In this document: piece after piece, positions 38,801-49,905 of the stretch | Numbering within the stretch: the stretch's first letter is position 1 | Layout of the letters: each line of letters begins with the position of its first letter | NCBI RefSeq assembly: GCF_035084215.1 | Contig: NC_090370.1 | Span: 6,014,001 to 6,078,000, forward strand | DNA length: 64,000 nucleotides | Reading direction: 5' to 3' | Origin: Heptranchias perlo | Taxonomy: Eukaryota | Translations under genes and position numbers: made by a program | The notes under the pieces: model-generated | Told to the model about the DNA's origin: nothing | Seen by the model: only the letters and a program-made list of their open reading frames with translations | The model's database searches: none

Positions 38801-41800
38801 CTGTGGTGAGTCTGTGTTGGTGGGCGCACTCCTCTCCAGGCTCTGCTCAGCTGGACACAGATGCTGAACCCTGGGGGCCATCCTTTAAAAGGAGAATGAT
38901 CGAGGGACAGCAGCACATTTGTGAGGTACTAGAACAGGTGCCATGCACACTCTCCACAATAGCGCAGAGGATGGAGGAGTCCAACTCTTGCATTAGTGGA
39001 ATGGTGGCACAGGTACTTGAGGGAATCGCTGAGATGGTGTTAAAGGGGCGTGAGGAACTGTCTGAGATAGTGTCGCAGGTAACTGCAGAAATGTCTGAGA
39101 TGGTGTCACGGGTAACTGCAGAAATGTCTGAGATAGTGTCGCAGGTAAGTACGGGAATGTCTGAGATAGTGTCGCAGGTAACTGCAGAAATGTCTGAGAT
39201 AGTGTCGCGGGTAAGTGCGGGAATGTCTGCGACGGAGGGAAGGCTAGCCTCCATGGAGCTTCAAGCACGGCTCACCAATGAGTCCACTGAGGCCCTGACA
39301 ATGGCCGTTCGGCTCAGGGTGAACAACATTCTTCTGCCTTAAACAGACAGGAACTTTACAACTGGGCTTCCAAGGCATCATACATGTCCTTTAAACTGTC
39401 GTCCAGCAGAGTGGTAGGAGTGGTGTGGATCTGGTCCAGGAGAGGGAAGATGGCGAAAGGGAACATGGAAGTGGGGACGACACTCAAAGCGCCCCCACGT
39501 CTCACCCGTTGCCCCCCCCCCCTCAACCAGCACCCGCAATCCTGCCTCCTCCCCAGGCGGCCGAGTCAGCCCCTGCACAGGTGCAGGTGGAGCAGTTTTT
39601 GGAGGGGCCCTCAAGGGCTCCAAAACCCAGAGGGCGTAGGCCCAAAGCATCTAATCGGTCAGGGCATGAACATGAGCAACCTGTCACTACCTCTGCTGCA
39701 GCCACAGGGGATGCACCACGTAGAAGTAGTAGGAAGAGAAAGACTAAGGTTTTGTGATCACAAAGAGGATGCACAAGAGTGTCTGACAGACTGTCATGTT
39801 TTTCATTTATATTTGGTTTTTGTTAAAGTCACATTAAATGTCTTCACTCTCACCACTACTGCCAAGCCTTGCCCATTCTTGACTGCCTTTTGTGATAGCG
39901 CCCTTACATGTACTTCATCGTGATCGAAAAGACTTGATGCCACCCAGTGGGTGACTTTACAGTGGGTGTATGTGTAGTTGCAGGACTGTTTTGTGCAGGG
40001 GGGTGGGGGGGTGTCTGGTGTTGGCGTTAGTTTTTCCGGGTGGTGTGAGGACTGGACTATTCTCACTTTGTGATCTTATGAGAACCGTTCACATATGAGT
40101 GACTCCCTGGCCTCACGAGCAGCCAGGTGAGCCGTTGCTCTGCCCAGGGGTTGTTGTTGTTCTTCTTTCTTCTTCCTCTTCCTCTTGCTGATGGCAGATG
40201 TGGACGCTGGATGAGGGCATGGGGCCTCATGAACCGGTACCCCTCTCTGTTGCGCTATGTTGTGCAGGACACAACACACTACTATAATGCGACCCATTCT
40301 GTCTGGTGCCTATTGAAGCGCTCCCCCAGAACGATCGAGGCACCAAAATCTCATCTTCAGCAGCCCTATCGCATGTTCAATTATAGACCTGGTGGCAATG
40401 TGGCTGTCGTTACATCGAAGCTGTTGCTCGCTGATGGGATTCCTCAGAGGTGTCGCGAGCCACATGTGCAGGGGGTATCCTTTGTCCCCGAGGAGCCAGC
40501 CTTTAAGGCTGTTCAGTGTGTGGAAGAGGTCTGGGATGTTGGATTCCCTCAGAATGAACGAATCATGGCAGCTGCCAGGGAATCTGGCGCACACATGAAG
40601 AAATCTCTTGCGGTGGTCACAAACGAGCTGTGCGTTGATGGAGTGATACCCCTTTCTGTTGATGAACAGTCTTGGCTCGTGTGGAGGTGCTCGGATTGCT
40701 ATATGGGTGCAATCGATTGCACCCTGTATGCGTCCTGTACACGTGGGAAGGCAGCCACAGAGTGGAATCCCACTGTCCTCTCCGTCTGGCTAAGGTCATC
40801 CATGGGGAAGTTGACGTAATGCGAGGCCCTGTGAAACAAGCCATCAGTGACCTGCCTTATGCACTTGTGTGCAGACGACTGAGAGACCCCGGTGGCACCC
40901 TGGAATGATCCAGAGGCGAAGAAGTTGAGGGCAGTGGTGACTTTAACAGCGACAGGTAAGAAGATGCTGCTCGGCCCAACCGAGAGCAGCTCGGCATGAA
41001 GGAGGCTGCAGATGTCTGCGACTACCTGGCGACTCACTCTCAGCCTCCATATGCACTGCTGCTCAGAGAGGTCCAGGAGGCTGAGCCTCGGTCTGTAGAC
41101 CCTCTGATGAGATTAGTGCCTCCTGTGACGTCAGTCCCTCTGTTGTTCCCCTCTGTGCTCATGTGCAGGTGCCTGTGACGCAGCACTGTATTGTGGAGCT
41201 ACAAGTGGCGGTGGTGCACACCGTGCCTGGCGAGGCTGGTGATGTTCCACGTCCTCGGATGTGGAGGTGAAAGCAGCCATCGCGCACCCACCACCCCCGC
41301 CCCCCGCATCCTGATGGTGTCAGTTTGAGGGGGTCCGAAAAGTTGGTAAATATTTGTAAACAGAACAATTCTGAGTGGCAACCAAGAATTTTCAGTCTAA
41401 ACACAAAGATCTCCCAGCCAAAAGTTTGTCTGAGAGAACTGAATGCCCTGCTGCAATAACTCACCTTTTATCCCCATCTATCAAACAGGCATTTAAATGG
41501 CCATATGGCTGCTGGCTGAAACCCGTTACGGCAGCCGTCACACAACACGGGAAACATGTTGAGGCAGCGTTGAAATCGCTTGCCTTCATTGTAAATTACA
41601 TTTACTCATTTTTAAACTACTTCAGCTAGTGATGTAGTGGTTTAAGTGCTGTCCCGCCGGCTTTAATTGCCAGTGGGACTTCCCGGTTCGGAAATGGCGC
41701 GCGAGCCCAGGTGGCTCTGGGCCGTGCATGTTCTTCGGCGTCTTGGAGCCGGGATTTCTGCCCACTCCTCGAAAAGCCGATTTTCATTGCCCCCCCCCCC

Positions 41801-44800
41801 CCCCCCCACCCCCAGACTTTTGTTTTAAAATCGAGCCCCAAGAGTCCAGGATCACGTGAAGAATGGGCACTCGAGCAAAATGCCTATGGAACCAACACCC
41901 CAGCAAAAGGACTTAAGAGGCGAGCAGGACAGAAAAAAATCTTAACCAGACGCAGAATATTAGTAACATCTTGGAACTTAAAACCAATTAATATCAACAG
42001 CATTTTACTTCAAATAGTACTTATAAAATAACATTACTGAAGCAGTCACATTGACTTACCCAACACACATGTCGAGGAGACCCTGTTCCAATCCTATAAA
42101 CGAAAATAAAATCAGATTCAAATTCTTTTTAAATACACTTGCACTAACAGTTTCAGAGTGGGAATTGTATTAAAATACCTGAATCAAAATGTGTCTCCTG
42201 ATCTCAATCGCATCTCAATGAAGATTTTTGTATATGGATTGAAGTCAACACTATTACTTTAGCGAGAGTCAAATTTATGGTATTGAAAGAGAGATGTAAT
42301 CACCTCATTCTTGGATCAATCTTTGTAATTATGCTTAGGAGGTCATTTTTCAGCACCATTTCATTCCAGCAGGAGAATATGTCACATTTTACCTGGAATA
42401 ACCTGTTTTTTGCCCAGTTCTACCACCAGAGGATCTCGGCTTAAGGAATTATCAAACAAGGTCCCATCTTCCAGTTTACCCTGAGAAACAGTCGGAAAAG
42501 AAAATGCATCAACTCTCTGGCGTTCACATCCATAGCACACGTTATACCCACCATTCAACAATACTCCAATCAGTAACCTCTAGTATCCAACATTCAGTTA
42601 TCTCTCACTATCCATTAATAGGTAGCCTCCCAATATCCAGCAATACCTCTAATAATTAAAGAGGCATAGAGTACAAAAGTAAGGAAGTCATGATGAACCT
42701 TTATAAAACACTGGTTCGGCCACAACTGGAGTAGTGTGTCCAGTTCTGGACACTGCACTTCAGGAAAGATGCAAAGGCCTTAGAGAGGGTGCAGAAGAGA
42801 TTTACTAAAATGATTCCAGGGATGAGGGACTTTAGTTACGTGGATAGACTGGAGAAGCTGGGGTTGTTCTCCTTGGAACAGAGACGGTTGTGAGGAGATT
42901 TGATAGAGGTATTCAAAATTAGACAGAGCAGATAGAGAGAAACTGTAAAAGGGTTAAGGACCAGAGGACATAGATTTAAGGTGATTAGCAAAAGAACCAA
43001 AGGCGACATTAGGAAAAACTTTTTTACACAGCGAGTGGTTAGGATCTGGAATGCACTGTCAGGGGGTGGTGGAGGCAGATTCAATCATAGCCTTCAAAAG
43101 GGAACTGGATAAGTACTTGAAAGGAAAAAAATTGCAAGGCTACGGGGAAAGGCCAGGGGAATGGGACTAGCTGGATTGCTCTTGCACAGACCCGGCGCGG
43201 ACTCGATGGGCCGAATGGCCTTCTTCTGTGCTGTAACCTTTCTATGATTCTAACCCAATACCCAATGACCTCCAGCATTATCAATCGCCCCAATCTAACC
43301 CACAGTCAATATTCTACAAGCATTCAAGTATCAGTATTCCCAATAACTCATACTCACCTTTTTTTAGAATATCAGCATTTACCACTGATTTTGTAACAGA
43401 GTCGATAATAATGTAACTGACAGATATTTAAATTGATGTTAAATATCCAAGTGTCAACTTGGCTCAGTGTTAACAGTCTTGCATCCAAGTCAGAAGATTG
43501 TGGGTATTAGCCTCACTCCACGACTTGAACACATAATCTAGGCACGATACTTCAGCACAGTATTGAGAGGGTGTATTGTTGGAGGTGATGTCTTTCTGAT
43601 GAGATATTAAACTGTGGCCCAGTCTACCTGCTCAGGCAGATGTAAAAGGTCGCATTGCATCATTTGAAGAACAGGGAGTCCTCCCAGTGTCCTGACTAAC
43701 ATTCCTCTTAACCAACATCACCTGGTCATTTACTGTTTGTTGGTCCTTGTTATATGCAAATTGGTATCTGCATTTGCCGACATAACAGTGACTACACTTC
43801 AAGAGTAATTCACTGGCTGTGAAATGCCTTGAACATCCTGAGGACTTGAAAGGTGCTAGAGAAATACAAATTCTTCTCTTCATCTTATCATAGTAACAAC
43901 CGAGAGAACTATATTTATACCACATGCAAACCCTGCCATGCTGGGAGTCAGTTGGACACTGTACATGTCCTTTAACAGGGAAAGTCAACACTCAATTGAA
44001 ATGCCACCCTCTTTAGAAAGTTGTGCAACAAAACAACGCATGGGGGTGAATTTCTGCAGAAATTGTTCCTACTTGTTCATAACATCGGCAGAAAAGCCAT
44101 GGAAACCCAGGAAAAATGGCATAAAGGCCGTTTATGCCCTTTTCCCGAGTTTCTGTGTCACTTCCACCGAAGTTACAGTCGATGAGCAGGAGAGCCCTTG
44201 TGGAAATCCCCCCCACCCCCCCCCATCAGCTCAGATACAATAGAAAGAAAGACTTTTGCATTTATAGAGCACCTTTCACGACCTCAGGGCATCTCAAAGC
44301 ACTTTACAGCCAATGAAATACAATGTTGTCGGTTGAATTTTGCCACAACAGAATACAATTAAATTTAGAGCAACTGACAGATGACTGTGTTTGAAAGTTA
44401 ACATTTTTTAAAAAGTACCATTTTTGGAAGAGTTGAGTTTTCCTTGAAACTGGAATAGCGTTTTGACTTGATGCTAAATCCCTATGAGGGGTGGATGGCC
44501 CGTTTTAAATCATTTAGCTGGGTAAGGCAGTCACCTTTCAAAGCTAAACTCAGCAGCCATTATGATCGACAATGTTTCCCAGTACACCCATTATCGGAAA
44601 AAGAGCCCAAAGGGGTTCAGAGAGTGCATCAGTTACTGTTTGCAAAGATGTGTAAGTCTACTTGGGAAGGTGTCTCCACAATAAAAAAGTGAAGCACATG
44701 ACTCTCCTGGGCTGCAAGGGGCACAGTGTGTTGCAAAAGCAGGGATTTAGCTACAAAGAGTTTCAGAATTAAAAGGTAAAAAAATAACTCAACATATTTC

Positions 44801-45591
44801 CTAAACGTAAATGCTGTTGGTTTGCTTCCACTAAATATGAATGGAATATTGCATTTCATGCCAGATTCAGATGAATTCATTTGTTTGAGGTGCAGGGCTG
44901 AGCTACAGTAGAAACTGATCAGATAATACGAGGACTTACGTATGAGTTTCACTTACTGACGTGGCCATTTGTCAGTTCCTCTAGTTTTCTGATCACTATT
45001 AAAAACTCTTCCTGCTCTGAAGTCCCCGGAGCCTAGTTGATTTACAGTTAGGTTCCAATTGGAAATGTACTTCCTCTTAATACTTTCCCTGGAGATTGAC
45101 GGGGGGGGGGGGGGGATATCGAAAAGCATTATTGCTGACGTGTTATTGCAGTCAGAACCCCATCCGCCTACCGCCTCTATACGTGCAACAATTTCCATTT
45201 TTCTTATTCCAAATAAAAAATATTAAAACACTTCAAATTTTCTGGTTACACGAGAATTTGTAAAAAGGCAACTTTGTGGAGAGTTGCGGTATTTCTCACA
45301 GTGTAGTGGATATGTAGAGTGTCTCCAACAGTCGACAGCTCGGGACATCCCTCTGGTTTCAGCTGTTAAAAAAAACAATTTGCAAATCAAGAGAAATGCA
45401 GACACAGGCGGTGTGTTTCTTTACAGTTGTCACCTCACAATGTTACAGTGAAAATAAAAGCTCCCAGAAAGACCTTTTATAAGAAATTTGCTCACCAGGA
45501 TTTCCACTTTAAGTTCTTGCACTTTTTCATCCTGGCTCGAGAATCCGCCCAATGAGACAAGAATCAGAATCAGGAGCCCGGCTCTGCTCAT
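32884..45591 (-). CDS. FKBP11: Peptidyl-prolyl cis-trans isomerase FKBP11, 189 aa; exons 45591-45496, 45362-45300, 42480-42393, 42093-42060, 35024-34954, 33101-32884
   Basis: [18 protein letters not shown] (signal) / ...GDTLHIHYT / [29 protein letters not shown] / [12 protein letters not shown] / [23 protein letters not shown] / [12 protein letters not shown]...TM helix...KGKAKNK (KxKxx ER retrieval). Exon phases consistent; convergent with CCDC65 as in human. Confidence 0.96.
33275..33910 (-). mobile_element. CR1-type LINE 3' fragment in FKBP11 intron 5
   Basis: ORF 33423..33767 [10 protein letters not shown]...[16 protein letters not shown]; closely resembles the copy at 2058-2821. Confidence 0.9.
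35165..35515 (+). mobile_element. tRNA-derived SINE (representative of an abundant diverged family)
   Basis: A-box tggctcagttgg and B-box gttcaatcc; shared body (...ctggaaagtg...tgaagaat.ggca..tggg) recurs near 6640, 8050, 12080, 21310, 24750, 36280, 45870 and 54450. Confidence 0.65.
37751..38746. mobile_element. Non-autonomous hAT-type element, 996 bp, 8-bp TSD
   Basis: ctggtgag at 37743-37750 and 38747-38754; imperfect TIRs cactgtcccctcgaa / ttagagggaaccttg; removal restores the reading frame ...[19 protein letters not shown]... Confidence 0.85.
38995..39225 (+). repeat. 33-bp coding tandem repeat ([11 protein letters not shown])n, 5 near-perfect + 2 degenerate units
   Basis: tctgagatagtgtcgcaggtaactgcagaaatg repeated from 39061 to 39225, in frame in ORF 38788..39342. 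Confidence 0.9.
40076..41280 (-). pseudogene. Harbinger transposase (HARBI1-like DDE nuclease), disrupted
   Basis: [68 protein letters not shown]; in-frame stops and frameshifts. Confidence 0.9.
42652..43251 (+). mobile_element. CR1-type LINE 3' fragment
   Basis: gaggcatagagtacaaaag...ctttctatgattcta; same subfamily as 47454-49905, in the opposite orientation. Confidence 0.88.
43455..43870 (+). mobile_element. Deu-domain SINE (SacSINE1/AmnSINE1-like)
   Basis: tRNA-like head ttggctcagtg, then ggaggtgatgtctttctgatgagatattaaac...gatgtaaaag...gaagaacagggagt, matching the recalled Deu central domain. Partial copies near 20010-20350 (-) and 57430-57660 (+). Confidence 0.65.
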
Positions 45592-47453
45592 TCTGGCCAG
45601 CAGACCGAATCAGGGATACTGAGTGAGTGAATGGTGAGAGCCAACCGGCACTCACCTGGATCATAACCTAATCCCCCCACGGCATCGGAGTGAAACTATA
45701 GTCCTCCTCTATCCCAGCACCCCCTCCAACCAGTAAGCACCGCCCAGCTCCACTGATGAATATTGAGGGTTCTGCTGCTCTGACTGTTGTTTCTTCCACC
45801 TCCTGCAACTTGTGACTAGGAAACTTATTCATTCCTCCATCGTCTTCCTACACCCAGTTATAGATTTTATTCCACAGTGAATTTCTTTTATCTTCTCCCA
45901 CCACTGGAACCTCACCAACCATGTCTTCATGTGTTGAAATGTGAGCGTCGATGGGCAGTGTCAGCAGGTTACTGGACCAGCTGAGCTGGAACCTGTCACC
46001 ACTTAACTCTCACAGAGGCCGTTTCTCAGCAGAAGTCACTGGGTAGCCATCAGGAGCAGGAACTTTGGCTGATTCCCCCCAACTGAGATCAATAAACTCA
46101 GCACAAACCAGGAATTGAACCCGGGATCCTCCCTGGTCTGTATACCTTTTACCACACAGGATTTGTTCATCCCATCATTCAAAAGTTCCATGGATAACAA
46201 TGGGAAAAAACTGGCCATACTTTAACTTCTGTATAATATTTCATCATTATTGACCTAAAGGTGCTATGAAACTATGAAAAAGACCTTTCAATTCAGCTAG
46301 AAGACCACATACAATCTGTCTATGATGGACTGTACCTAATGAATTTAACTGTCGAATGGGGATAACTGCAGAGGAAATTTCCAAGAAGATACACCTCTGA
46401 AATTTCTCTCTTGCCTCCGAATGACAATCTAGAAAAAGCAGGATATTAATCAAATGCCAGAACCTAGGTTATTTCATATTGATCCACAGACAACATTTCA
46501 GAGGCTTCAACATAGGAATCATAAGAGTATTTGATCATCTTTATCTTCAACTCTACTTCCCCCATAATCTTCAATCCTATTCTTAATCAAATATCTACCT
46601 TTTTAATTGGTATACCATTAAATGTTGATGATATTCTATTCCACACATTAATTATAGTGGAAAATTGGATTTTTTTTTTATTCGTTCACGGGATGTGGGC
46701 GTCACTGGCGAGACCGGCATTTATTGCCCATCCCTAATTGCCCTTGAGAAGGTGGTGGTGAGCCGCCTTCTTGAACCGCTGCAGTCCGTGTGGTGAAGGT
46801 TCTCCCACAGTGCTGTTAGGAAGGGAGTTTCAGGATTTTGACCCAGCGACGATCTGCCTACCTCCACTTTATGTCTCCCAGTAGTTTGAAGACTTGGATC
46901 TTTCAATCTTTTCTCTAATGGGAACAAATATAATTCTATTCGCTTGTTATCACAATTTACCATTTTGAGTCCAAGGATTATCCTTGTGGCTCTTAGAATC
47001 ATAGAATCTTACAGCACAGAAGTAGGCCATTCGGCCCATTGTGCCTGTGAAATTAGAGCGACCTAAATATATGCAGGAGAAAGGAATGGAAGGTTATGCT
47101 GATAGGGTGAGATGAAGTAGGGTGGGAGGAGGCTTGTGTGGAGCATAAACACTGGCATGGATCAGTTGGGCCGAATGGCCTGTTTATGTGTTGTAGACTC
47201 AACGTAATGCAATGTAATGTAATTAGTCCCACTCCCCTGCTCTTTCTCCATAACCCTGCAATTTTCTCCCCTTCAAGTATTTATCCAATTCCCTTTTGAA
47301 AGTTACTATTGAATCATGCTGTGCATTCCAGATCATAATAACTCGCTGCATAAAAAAAAATTCTCATCATCTCACCTCTGGCTCTTTTGCCAATTACCTT
47401 AAATCTGTGTCCTCCGGTTACTGACCCTTTTGCCAGGGGAAACAGTTTCTCCT

Positions 47454-49905
47454 TAGAATCATAGAATGGATACACAGCACAGGAGGCCATTCGGCCCATT
47501 GAGTCCGTGCCGGCTCTCTGCAAGAGCAACCAGCTAGGCCCATTCCCCTGCCCTTTCCCCATAGCCATGCAAATTTTTTCCCCTTCAAGTACTTGTCCAA
47601 TTCCCTTTTGAAAGCCATGATTGAATCTGCCTCCACCACCCCCTCAGGCGGTGCATTCCAGATCATAACCAACCGCTATGTAAAAAAGTATTTCCTCATG
47701 TCGCCCTTGGTTCTTTTGCCAATCACTTTAAATCTATGTCCTCTGGTTCTTGACCGTTCCGCCAATGGGAACAGTTTCTCTCTATCTACTCTGTGTAGAC
47801 CCTTCATGATTTTGAATACCTCTATCAAATCTCCTCTCAACCTTCTCTGCTCTAACGAGAACAACCCCAGCTTCTCCAGTCTATCCACGTAACTAAGTCC
47901 CTCATCCCTGGAACCATTCTAGTAAATCTTTTCTGCACCCGCTATAAGGCCTTCACATCCTTCCTAAAGTGCAGTGCCCAGAACTGGACACAATATTCCA
48001 GTTGTGGCCGAACCAGTGTTTTATAAAGATTCAACATAACTTCCTTGCTTTTGTACTCTATGCCTCTATTTAGAAAGCCTAGAATCCTGTATGTCTTTTT
48101 AACTGCTTTCTCAACCTGCCCTACCACCTTCAACGATTTGTGCACATATACCCCCCGATCTCTCTGTTCCTGCACCCCCTTTAGAATTGTATCATTTAGT
48201 TTATATTGCCTCTCCTCGTTCTTCCTACCAAAATGTATCACATCGCACTTCTCTGCATTAAATTTCATCTGCCATGTGTCTGCCCATGCCACCAGCCTGT
48301 CTATATCCTCTTGAAGTCTATCACTATCCTCCTCACTGTTCACTACACTTCCAAGTTTTGTGTCATCTGCACATTTTGAAATCATGCCCTGTACACCCAA
48401 GTTCAAGTCATTAATATATATCAAGAAAAGCAGTGGTCCTAGTACTGACCCCTGGGGAACACCACTGTACACCTCCCTCCAGTCTCTGTTTCACCACTAC
48501 TCTCTGTTTCCTGTCACTTATCCAATTTTGTGTCCATGCTGCCACTGCCCCTTTTATTCCATGGGCTTCAACTTTGATGACAAGCCTATTATGCGGCACT
48601 TTATCAAACGCTTTTTGAAGTCCATATACACCACATCAACTGCATTGCCCTCATCAACCCTCTCTGTTACCTCATCAAAAAACTCAATCAAGTTAGTTAA
48701 TCACGATTTGCCTTTAACAAATCTGTGCTGGCTTTCCTTAATTAATCCACACTTGTCCAAGTGATGGTTGATTTGTCCCAGATTATTGTTTCTAAAAGTT
48801 TCCCCACCACTGAGGTTAAACTGACTGGCCTATAGTTGCTGGGTTTATCCTTACACCCTTTTTTAAACAAGGGTGTCACATTTGCAATTCTCCAGTCCTC
48901 TGGCACCACCCCCGTATCTAAGGATGATTGGAAGATTATGGCCAGTACCTCCGCAATTTCCACCCTTACTTCCCTCAGCAACCTAGGATGTATCCCATCC
49001 GGACTGGGTGACTTATCTACTTTAAGTACAGCCAGCCTTTCTAGTACCTCCTCTTTATCAATTTTTAGCCCATCCAGTATCTCAACTACCTCTTCTTTTA
49101 CTGTGACTTTGGCAGCATCGTCTTCCTTGGTAAAGACAGATGCAAAGTACTCATTTAGTACTTTGCCCTCGGCCTCCATGCGTAGCTCCTTTTTGGTCCC
49201 TAATCGGCCCCATCCCCCCTCTTATTACCCTTTTACTATTTATATGCCTACAGATGACTTTTGGATTCCCTTTTATATTAGCCACCAGTCTCTCTTTGTC
49301 CCTCTGAACTTGTATTATCGTCATAGACCCCCCTTTTTCTGACTCATCTTACTCTCTATCTCTTTCAACATCCAGGGAGCTCTGGCTTTAGTTGCCCTGC
49401 CTTTCCTCCTTGTGGGAATGTACCTAGACTGTATCCGAACTATCTCCTCTTTAAAGGCCGCCCATTGCTCGATTACAGTTTTGCCTGCCAATCTTTGATT
49501 CCAATTAACCCGGGCCAGATCCGTTCTCAACGCACTGAAATTGGCCCTCCTCCAATTGAGTATTTTTACTCTAGATTGCTCCTTGTCCTTTTCCATAGCT
49601 AATCTAAACCTTATGATACTATGATCACTGTTCTCTAAATGTTCCCCCACTGAAACTTGCTCCACTTGGCCCACCTCTTTCCCCAGAACCAGATCCAGCA
49701 ATGCCTCCTTCCTCGTTGGGCCGGAAACGTACTGATCAAGAAAGTTCTCCTGAACTTCAAAAATTCTTCCCCCTCTTTGCCCTTTACACTATTACTATCA
49801 GAGTCTATATTAGGATAGTTGAAGTCCGCCATTATTACTACTCTATGGCTCTTGCACCTCTCTGTAATTTCCCTGCAAATTTGCTCCTCTATATCCTTCC
49901 CACTA
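47454..49905 (-). mobile_element. CR1-type LINE, ~2.4 kb of ORF2 (endonuclease end, RT, 3' tail), with flanking CR1 tails 46995-47453
   Basis: MADFNYPNID, LDLVLG...SDHS, NYRPVSLTSVVGK, SGVPQGSVLGPLLFLIYINDL, ADDTKL; several frameshifts. Confidence 0.93.

Larger units (their letters stand above)
36766..39757 (+). pseudogene. Harbinger Myb/SANT-like DNA-binding protein gene (spliced, frameshifted, hAT-interrupted)
   Basis: [13 protein letters not shown]...[14 protein letters not shown]...[12 protein letters not shown] trihelix motif with frameshifts; donor gtgagt at 36997; basic C-terminus [12 protein letters not shown]. Confidence 0.82.
36512..41838. mobile_element. PIF/Harbinger DNA transposon, near full length but decayed, in FKBP11 intron 4
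   Basis: Imperfect TIRs gggcatgattttaaaa / ttttaaaatcgagccc enclose convergent Myb/SANT-like and HARBI1-like genes. A clean 3-bp TSD is not preserved. Confidence 0.9.

Noticed and set aside
40076-41280. Domesticated HARBI1 gene
   Set aside because: Stops, frameshifts, TIRs and a partner Myb-like gene show it is a decayed transposon.
45593-45655. Micro-intron in the FKBP11 5'UTR (donor cag|gtgagt at 45655)
   Set aside because: Available acceptors give 37-63 nt, below normal vertebrate intron size; unsupported without transcripts.
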